In this document: piece after piece, positions 56,056-62,581 of the stretch
Layout of the letters: every line of letters starts with the position of its first letter
Position numbering within the stretch: the stretch's first letter is position 1
DNA from: an uncultured virus (IMG/VR IMGVR_UViG_3300049448_000779)
Taxonomy: Duplodnaviria > Heunggongvirae > Uroviricota > Caudoviricetes
Length of the DNA: 64,000 nt
Direction: 5' to 3' (one strand)
Virus record (IMG/VR): IMGVR_UViG_3300049448_000779
Translations under genes and position numbers: made by a program
Notes under the pieces: model-generated
Database searches by the model: none
Seen by the model: the letters and a program-made list of their open reading frames with translations, nothing else
Told to the model about the DNA's origin: nothing

Positions 56056-57774
56056 ATGGACCTACTTGCTTCGCTCACGCGCTATGGCGAACGAGTCGGA
56101 TTGAAGCCGCTCCTCCGTGACAAGAAGTTCGTCGAGGTCTGGTGTCTTGACCTTGACACAGGGGCGTTAGCACACGTCAAAAGTACGACGCTGAAACTAC
56201 CCCAACCTGTGGCGCGCGGCTCTAATGCCGCCACTACCCCGAACCGCACCTTCGACTACGCGAAGTACGTCACGAATCGAGAGTCAGCGTTCTGGGGTCT
56301 TCTGCTGGCCATACTGAATGAGTCCAGAACGCTGACCGCCAAAGTCAACGCTCTTCTGGCCAACACGAACTGGCACGTGAAACTCGTCACCGACGAAATC
56401 ATCTTCACTGACGGGATTGGCCATGCTCATACCCTGAGTGCGACAGCAGACGTGGTCCTAATGTGTAAGGGCCAAGCGTTAGCCGAGCACCAAGTTGTAC
56501 AAAAATGGTTATCCGTACAGACCGATGATGGCATCGGGACGGCTGCGTGCCTCATTACCGGCGAGCAGCGTCCCATCTCGCGCCTGCATCACGGGATCCG
56601 AGCCGGCACGGACAAACTCGTCTCTCACAATGAGTCATCATCTTGCTATTTTGGCCTGAAGCCGAGCCAAAACTTTCAGGTCTCGGTGAGAGCAGCGGAG
56701 CTGTACGCTTCCGGTCTTTCCTACTTGATGGACACTCGCCGCGAACCGGCGAATTCGATGATGATCGTTAAGGACGTGTCCTTGGTGGTCTGGCCAGATC
56801 GCGAAGGGATCACTCATCCCATCATTTCCGCCGCGATCACAGTGCTGCGCACGTTCCCGGCCGGCGCTTCTAAACCCAAAGAGCAACAGGCGGCCTTGGC
56901 CAAACTAGAAATTGCCTGGCGCGAAATCGATGCTACTGCTGACACTGACAGCACAGACCTGTGCATGGCGATTCTTGGGTTTCGGATGAATCGCTACATA
57001 CCAATTGCGTATGGGCACACGACTGCCGCACAGTTGAAAACAGCTCTGCAGTTGTTTCGCGCGGAGTTTGAAGGGTCCACGTTCCGCCAAGTTGCTGGCG
57101 TCTGGATCAGCGAAGCCGGCAAGGTCCTAGATGATGTGCTCTATACGGTTCTTTGGGCCGTTCTGACTGGCAAGCCCTACCCACTCAAAGTGACACACCT
57201 TAATCGGCACAATGTCCGCGACTACACAAAATTCCGTTGGTTCAATGCCTACAATCACCGAAAAGGTGCACCCCTGATGTCGTCATACAAGAAAATCTCT
57301 AAGGAGTTCGAGCAGGCACCGACACGTGACCAGTATTACAACCCTGAGTTGTTGGCGCAGCTGAACAAGTTCTATTTGTTCGGGCAACTGGTCGACGTCT
57401 ACTGTCGGCTCAAACAGCTCGCGCAACATAAGAACTCGGTCAAGCCGGCAGTTCAACTGAAGATCGCCCTGGGCTCCCCGCAGCGTATCTACTCGCGGAT
57501 GCTCGAAGACGGAGTGTTTCAGGTCGAGAAAATCCGCCAGAAGGGTCGCAATCCCGAATGGGAACGCGAATTCAACCGCATCGTGGCAGATTACTACAGA
57601 GGTGGCATTGGCACCCTTCCAGCCAGGCTGTCAACCGAGGAGCGCGAACTCGTTACCCTCGGCTATTGGAGCCAGAAGCTGTACGCCCAGCATCTCTTGA
57701 CTCACTGGAGCATACTCCGCCTCAGAAAAGAAGACCGCAGCAGTGATGGGGCTGCCCCCGCTCCAGCTGAATGA
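56056..57774 (+). CDS. cas8c: Type I-C large subunit Cas8c (Csd1), divergent; probable internal Cas11c start at 57277
   Basis: CLITGEQRPISRLH...LVSHN...NFQVSVRAAELY..GLSYL; C-terminal YLFGQL...LGYW; lies between cas5 and cas7. Confidence 0.85.
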   Translation: MDLLASLTRYGERVGLKPLLRDKKFVEVWCLDLDTGALAHVKSTTLKLPQPVARGSNAATTPNRTFDYAKYVTNRESAFWGLLLAILNESRTLTAKVNALLANTNWHVKLVTDEIIFTDGIGHAHTLSATADVVLMCKGQALAEHQVVQKWLSVQTDDGIGTAACLITGEQRPISRLHHGIRAGTDKLVSHNESSSCYFGLKPSQNFQVSVRAAELYASGLSYLMDTRREPANSMMIVKDVSLVVWPDREGITHPIISAAITVLRTFPAGASKPKEQQAALAKLEIAWREIDATADTDSTDLCMAILGFRMNRYIPIAYGHTTAAQLKTALQLFRAEFEGSTFRQVAGVWISEAGKVLDDVLYTVLWAVLTGKPYPLKVTHLNRHNVRDYTKFRWFNAYNHRKGAPLMSSYKKISKEFEQAPTRDQYYNPELLAQLNKFYLFGQLVDVYCRLKQLAQHKNSVKPAVQLKIALGSPQRIYSRMLEDGVFQVEKIRQKGRNPEWEREFNRIVADYYRGGIGTLPARLSTEERELVTLGYWSQKLYAQHLLTHWSILRLRKEDRSSDGAAPAPAE

Positions 57775-57805
57775 TCACGAGACCCATACAGAAACAAAAG
57801 GCACT

Positions 57806-58000
57806 ATGACAAACAAAACAGACTCTGACGACGACGTTAGGTGGTTCGGTCTTGTGTCCACGAAGTCAGTGGACACCTCGATCTCCGGACCTGTGCAACT
57901 GGGCGTTGACCATGAAACCTTGCCAAGCCGTATCCGTATTACGCCTATCAAGAGCATTCAGGTTCTCGGGCGCATAGTCCGGCTTGAGCCTAACGAGTAA
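57806..58000 (+). CDS. 64-aa protein homologous to the Cas7c core motif (mini-Cas7)
   Basis: DVRWFGLVSTKSVDTSISGPVQLG vs cas7 DVRWFGAVLTKPVNWPITGPIQMG; AAAAGG upstream of the ATG. Confidence 0.65.
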   Translation: MTNKTDSDDDVRWFGLVSTKSVDTSISGPVQLGVDHETLPSRIRITPIKSIQVLGRIVRLEPNE

Positions 58001-58041
58001 ACGCGAGACCAACCCACTCTACCCTAAGGACTGAAAGCACC

Positions 58042-59004
58042 ATGACAACAGCAACAGTTACGACTCTGCCAGTTAAATCCGAGATCTATGACAGGCGTAC
58101 GGACATGGTCCTAATCACCAGCGCGATCTGGAGCGTGCTTCAAGGCAACCCTGACGAAGATAACGCGCGCCGCCAAGACCCAGACACTTTGCAGGGTATT
58201 ATGACCCCCCAGTGCCTCAAGTACAAATTGCGCCAGTGGTTGGAGCAGCATGGCTACGCACTGTTCATTAAGCCTGGCGGTGCGGCTTTGGAGCAGTTGA
58301 TCTATAATGTGCTCACGGATGTTGGAATCGATCCCAGTAAAATCTCTGCCGAGGCCGACGACGAAGACGCAGATGAAGACAACGAGACTGAAGGCAAGCC
58401 CAAAAACAAGGGCAAGAAGAGCAAGAACCGCGTACTGCGACAAGATGAGATCCGCGACACTGTGCGTCGTCTTTGCGCTGATTACGCGGATGTTCGTTGG
58501 TTCGGCGCTGTCCTGACGAAGCCAGTGAATTGGCCCATCACCGGCCCCATCCAGATGGGATTTTCGATGAGCGTTGATCCGGTGTACAGCCAAGAGCTGG
58601 GCATCACTCGCTCCGCCGTGACCAGAATCGACGACCTGAAATTGAAGAATCGAGACATGGGTCGTATGTCCATGATCCCTTTCGAGGTTTGTACTACGCC
58701 GATCTCGATTGATCCGTTTCGGGCTCGCGCCACTGGGTTCACGTATGCCGACCACGAAATGCTTATCAGTGGACTCCGGGAAATGTACGACATGACCCGG
58801 TCTACGCTCCGCTCGGGTGTGTGCGCCGAGAAGCTGGTAATCTTCCATCACGATAGTCCCTACGGCAACGCTCGGGCGCTCAAGCTGTTCCGCCGCGTCC
58901 AGATTAAGTCGAGTGTGCCCAACTCGCGTTCCTTCAAAGACTGGACGGTTGACGTCGATACCACTGGGCTCAATGGCGTATCCGTCGAGGTTCTCGATCT
59001 CTAG
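58042..59004 (+). CDS. cas7: Type I-C backbone Cas7c (Csd2)
   Basis: QGNPDEDNARRQDPDT...CLKYKLR, DVRWFGAV, GPIQ, ITR, MGR, TGFT and HDSPYGNA. Confidence 0.92.
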   Translation: MTTATVTTLPVKSEIYDRRTDMVLITSAIWSVLQGNPDEDNARRQDPDTLQGIMTPQCLKYKLRQWLEQHGYALFIKPGGAALEQLIYNVLTDVGIDPSKISAEADDEDADEDNETEGKPKNKGKKSKNRVLRQDEIRDTVRRLCADYADVRWFGAVLTKPVNWPITGPIQMGFSMSVDPVYSQELGITRSAVTRIDDLKLKNRDMGRMSMIPFEVCTTPISIDPFRARATGFTYADHEMLISGLREMYDMTRSTLRSGVCAEKLVIFHHDSPYGNARALKLFRRVQIKSSVPNSRSFKDWTVDVDTTGLNGVSVEVLDL

Positions 59005-59013
59005 TTAGCGGAG

Positions 59014-59051
59014 GAGCGGGGCTGCGGGCTCAAGTGCTCTCAGCCCCGCTC
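59014..59051 (+). promoter_or_regulatory. 11-bp hairpin between cas7 and the helicase gene
   Basis: GAGCGGGGCTG...CAGCCCCGCTC perfect inverted repeat ending 10 nt before the helicase ATG. Confidence 0.65.
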
Positions 59052-59061
59052 ATCACTCTAT

Positions 59062-61470
59062 ATGCAATTGCGCCACTACCAGACCGATGACTTCCTGAAA
59101 CTCGTAGAGGCTCTATCGGTTCTCAAGAGCTTGGGTGTGGATTACGCTACAGGGGGTGGCAAAACCGTTTTGAGCCTGGCGGCCGCGGCCTGGGTGATAC
59201 AGAAAGGCGTATTTGATCGTGCGCTGGTTTTGACGCTTGGTACCGCAATCGTGAACCAGTTCCTTGCGTTGTCCAACGAGTGGATCCACCCCACGAACGA
59301 TGAGTTCGAGCCATTCTCTCTTGGCGAGATCAGGTCGGCATTGAATGGGTTGGAGTTGGAGCGTTGGCTCACGCCCTTGCTCACTGATGACCCGCGTCCG
59401 CGCATACTCGTCACTACGCACCAGATGTTCACAACGAATCTTTCCTCGGTCGAAAAGTCTCTACTACGTGACCGTCGGACGTTGATCGTTGTCGATGAGC
59501 CACAGTATGCCCCTTGGATCGAGGGTAAGGCGGCAGCATGCGAACCCGGCCAGGAGGATGAGGGTCGCCAGCAGCACATTCTCGGTCGGGCGATCACTCG
59601 TTTGCAACTTGCCGGCTCAGTGGTGGCTAAGTTTACCGGAACTCCGAGTCGAACTGATGGGCTACCGGTTTTCTCCAAAGACGACTACACAGAGGTGACA
59701 CGCTCTCTTCACCAGCTGATGCTCTACGGGATGTGCCCTCAGTATCTGCACAGCAGAATCGTGCACGTCGATAGCAGTTCAGTTGATGACGGCGACACCT
59801 GCTTGGCTCCGCTGGACCCTAACAAGGGTAGCGAGGCTGTTCGTTCTATGAGGAATGACTACGATTGGATTCCCGCTTGCACTAGAGTCAAACCCGGGTC
59901 CCGTGAAGACAATCAGGAAGTGGTTGCCAAGATTCTCGCGCGTGATCCGAGCGCCATCAACGCCTCCGGCGACAATGCTACAGAATATTTTGATGCGCTG
60001 GGTCGAGAGTCTGCATGTCTCAAAAACAGAACTGCGGTCTACAGCGACTACCAGACCAATTTAGTCGGGATGACGCGGCCGGTCACAGGGGTGGACTCGC
60101 CCTCGCGAGCCCTGGGAATCTTCTATGGAATCCCAAAATCCATGAACGTGTTCAGGCAGTTCATGGGGCGAATTCTCCGGCGCAAGGTGGGGGACGACGG
60201 AAAGCCACTCTATATTGGCTACCCTGAAGCGTGGCTGAACCGGGTCCAGCTGGTGTTCGTGATTGGCGGCTTACCCAGTGAAGCCCATCGTAGGGAAGAG
60301 CATCTCGGCATTCTCTTCAGAGCGCTAGCGCTGGCTGAGTCTCTCAATCAAGCGGGGATGCTTGGCCGCATGTTCGCGCGCTACTATGACGGTCTGACTC
60401 GGACTCCTGGCCGCGGTCTTCCACCAGGTAAGGAGAAGGAGATCCTCGACGTCGTCACAGGAGAGGCTCCAACACTCTTGCTAGAAGCGGAGCTGGACAT
60501 TTTAGGCACGGCATCAGAGCTGGATGACGTTGGGTATCAGACTCTAAAGCTTGATGGAAAATTCAGGTATATGGAAGGCTGGCTCCGAGCGCACACTCGA
60601 TTGATGGCCGAGGCAGAAGGCGTTCCGCAGTCTGGCATCCAGGCGATCATCGACGCGGCGGTACTGAAACACCTGCCTAGCATCAAAGCCCTGTTGACTG
60701 CACGTACGATGGCTCAGCCGCAGCATGAGACGCGGGTACAGGCAGTCTTAGAGCAAATCCCAGACCAGTCGCTGCAAGACCAGGTACAGGCACTGTTCGA
60801 GGAGTTCAAGGCTGACGTTTGTGCGTTAGACAACAGCGCCTATGTCCTGGACGCTCGGCTGATTGAATACCATCGGACCAAGGCCGCGCTGATCTTTAAG
60901 CGGGTGCAGCCTCTTGATTCGACCGACGCGATTCTGGAGCGCGTTCAGGCGCACCGCGATCGCCACGACGGGCAATACCCCGAACTAGATCAGCGCGATC
61001 CGATTGACTCTCGCATCACCTTCAAGACGCATGACCAGCATCTAAGGACCGGCCATTACGCCGAGTTCACGGGCGAGCTTGGTGAGTTGCTCTACATGAG
61101 ATGTGAGCGCACCTCTTGGTGGGACGATGCCCGGGAGGTTGAAGCCCTCTATCACAAGCTGTTGCGCAATGGGTCGCCGGAGGTGGCGGCTGTTATCAAG
61201 AGCGAAGGCAAAGACAAGCTGGGAAGAATGCGGGCCGCCTTTGGTGACCGCGTGGTGGTGCGGTACTATCCTCGCGCCCTGCTTGTTGCAACCGCGAGAG
61301 ATAGCACTGGCGACTTCATCTGCTCTGAGGACTTCCTCCGACAGCTGACACTTCCAGAAGCCCAGAGGTTAGGGGGCGCTCAACGGCTCGTCACCGTGCT
61401 CAAGGCGCATCAGTTGACGTTCGATACGAGAGGGATGACGGCGGTCCGCGAAAGGTTGGGCTTCCTGTGA
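59062..61470 (+). CDS. SF2 helicase (Res/RadD-like, no HD domain) occupying the cas3 position
   Basis: Q-motif LRHYQ at residues 3-7, Walker A ATGGGKT, DEPQ, TGTPSRTDG, motif VI QFMGRILR. Confidence 0.85.
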   Translation: MQLRHYQTDDFLKLVEALSVLKSLGVDYATGGGKTVLSLAAAAWVIQKGVFDRALVLTLGTAIVNQFLALSNEWIHPTNDEFEPFSLGEIRSALNGLELERWLTPLLTDDPRPRILVTTHQMFTTNLSSVEKSLLRDRRTLIVVDEPQYAPWIEGKAAACEPGQEDEGRQQHILGRAITRLQLAGSVVAKFTGTPSRTDGLPVFSKDDYTEVTRSLHQLMLYGMCPQYLHSRIVHVDSSSVDDGDTCLAPLDPNKGSEAVRSMRNDYDWIPACTRVKPGSREDNQEVVAKILARDPSAINASGDNATEYFDALGRESACLKNRTAVYSDYQTNLVGMTRPVTGVDSPSRALGIFYGIPKSMNVFRQFMGRILRRKVGDDGKPLYIGYPEAWLNRVQLVFVIGGLPSEAHRREEHLGILFRALALAESLNQAGMLGRMFARYYDGLTRTPGRGLPPGKEKEILDVVTGEAPTLLLEAELDILGTASELDDVGYQTLKLDGKFRYMEGWLRAHTRLMAEAEGVPQSGIQAIIDAAVLKHLPSIKALLTARTMAQPQHETRVQAVLEQIPDQSLQDQVQALFEEFKADVCALDNSAYVLDARLIEYHRTKAALIFKRVQPLDSTDAILERVQAHRDRHDGQYPELDQRDPIDSRITFKTHDQHLRTGHYAEFTGELGELLYMRCERTSWWDDAREVEALYHKLLRNGSPEVAAVIKSEGKDKLGRMRAAFGDRVVVRYYPRALLVATARDSTGDFICSEDFLRQLTLPEAQRLGGAQRLVTVLKAHQLTFDTRGMTAVRERLGFL

Positions 61471-62192
61471 GTACCTACGATAAGGATGCTTGGCGAAAGT
61501 TCAACGTTCACTTTCTCTCGAGTTGCCGGGGACTCTGGTCCGATGGAAAACTCAAGTTCAGCTACTACGAACTGGTCGGACTGTCAGGGTCCAAGATGTA
61601 TGATCTGCTCAAGGAGATGCTGTATACACCGAAACAGTTCATCGGGGTGGATCAAAGCCCTGAGGTGGTGCTGTACCATCGTATGAATCGGGCTCCCTGG
61701 ACAACGTGTCTGGTCAAGGACGGCTACCTTAAGGCGGAGCAGGTGGCGTCTCTTTCGGCGAGTCAGCGCGAGCCATTCGGGATTGCTCCGTATCCGATCG
61801 CGATCTACGGCTTCGACGACCACGCGAGTATTGGCCTGCAATCTTGGTGGGACACGGAAGCAAGCCAGCTTCGGCAGATCGTCGCCAAGACACTAGAACA
61901 GACTGGCGTGTGTTGCTTGATCTTGAACAACACTCTCGACCGAAACCCGGACCGGCACAAGGCGGTAGCGGAACACACGCGCCGACTCTGCTTAGCGTTC
62001 GAAGGTTGGGGCCTAAAAGAAGAGGCCCTACTCGGACCTAACCGCAGATTCTTGAACTGCATCGTCGAGAGACCGTCAGGGCATTTCGGTGGCTACGAAG
62101 TATACAAGAGCCTCGACCGCGCCCTGCGCATGGCGACGATTAGACTTGAGTTCACTAAGACCCGCGGCGTGCGGGTATGGAAAGGCGAGTGA
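61467..62192 (+). CDS. Putative class I SAM-methyltransferase-fold protein, coupled to the helicase
   Basis: GTGA overlap with the helicase stop; YYELVGLSG, FIGVDQSPEVV, VKDG, IAIYGFDD, CLILN and a terminal beta-hairpin, in Rossmann MTase order. Confidence 0.5.
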   Translation: MSTYDKDAWRKFNVHFLSSCRGLWSDGKLKFSYYELVGLSGSKMYDLLKEMLYTPKQFIGVDQSPEVVLYHRMNRAPWTTCLVKDGYLKAEQVASLSASQREPFGIAPYPIAIYGFDDHASIGLQSWWDTEASQLRQIVAKTLEQTGVCCLILNNTLDRNPDRHKAVAEHTRRLCLAFEGWGLKEEALLGPNRRFLNCIVERPSGHFGGYEVYKSLDRALRMATIRLEFTKTRGVRVWKGE

Positions 62193-62197
62193 GAGAT

Positions 62198-62416
62198 ATG
62201 GAACGATTGGACTCTGAGAAAGTGTATCAGTATATCGGCAAGTCGGTTCGCACCACCCAGGACATCGCGAAGCACTTCAAGGTGCGCGCTGGCCAGGCTG
62301 CGGCTGCTGTTGCGATTCTCCGCATCAAGGGGACGGTGGTGCCGGCAATTCCCAAGAAGGATTTTGAGGGGGTCAGCCGATGGTGCCGGACTTCGAGCGC
62401 TTCCGCGGCTCGCTAA
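62198..62416 (+). CDS. Small winged-HTH-like protein (72 aa)
   Basis: EKVYQYI...TTQDIAKHFKVRAGQAAAAVAILRIKGTV helix-HTH-wing pattern. Confidence 0.6.
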   Translation: MERLDSEKVYQYIGKSVRTTQDIAKHFKVRAGQAAAAVAILRIKGTVVPAIPKKDFEGVSRWCRTSSASAAR

Positions 62417-62581
62417 CCCCAGGGAGCGCTCGCGTTCGGGTGGTTCTTTGACAATTCCATATGTTATCTGCTCAGCCTCGCGTGCTCTCCCAAGTGAGGT
62501 GGGGGCATCAAGCACGCCTGGTGGCAGGCGCTCGCAGAAGACGCTGCGAGTTGCTTGGTTTGAGTGCCCGTAGCGACGAGG
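62417..62581 (+). promoter_or_regulatory. CRISPR leader with a boxA-like element (62443-62454) and multibranch structure
   Basis: GTTCTTTGACAA; nested inverted repeats across 62476-62581. Confidence 0.65.

Noticed and set aside
59062..61470. Annotating the helicase as cas3
   Set aside because: No HD domain, and the motifs are Res/RadD-like; only its position is cas3-like
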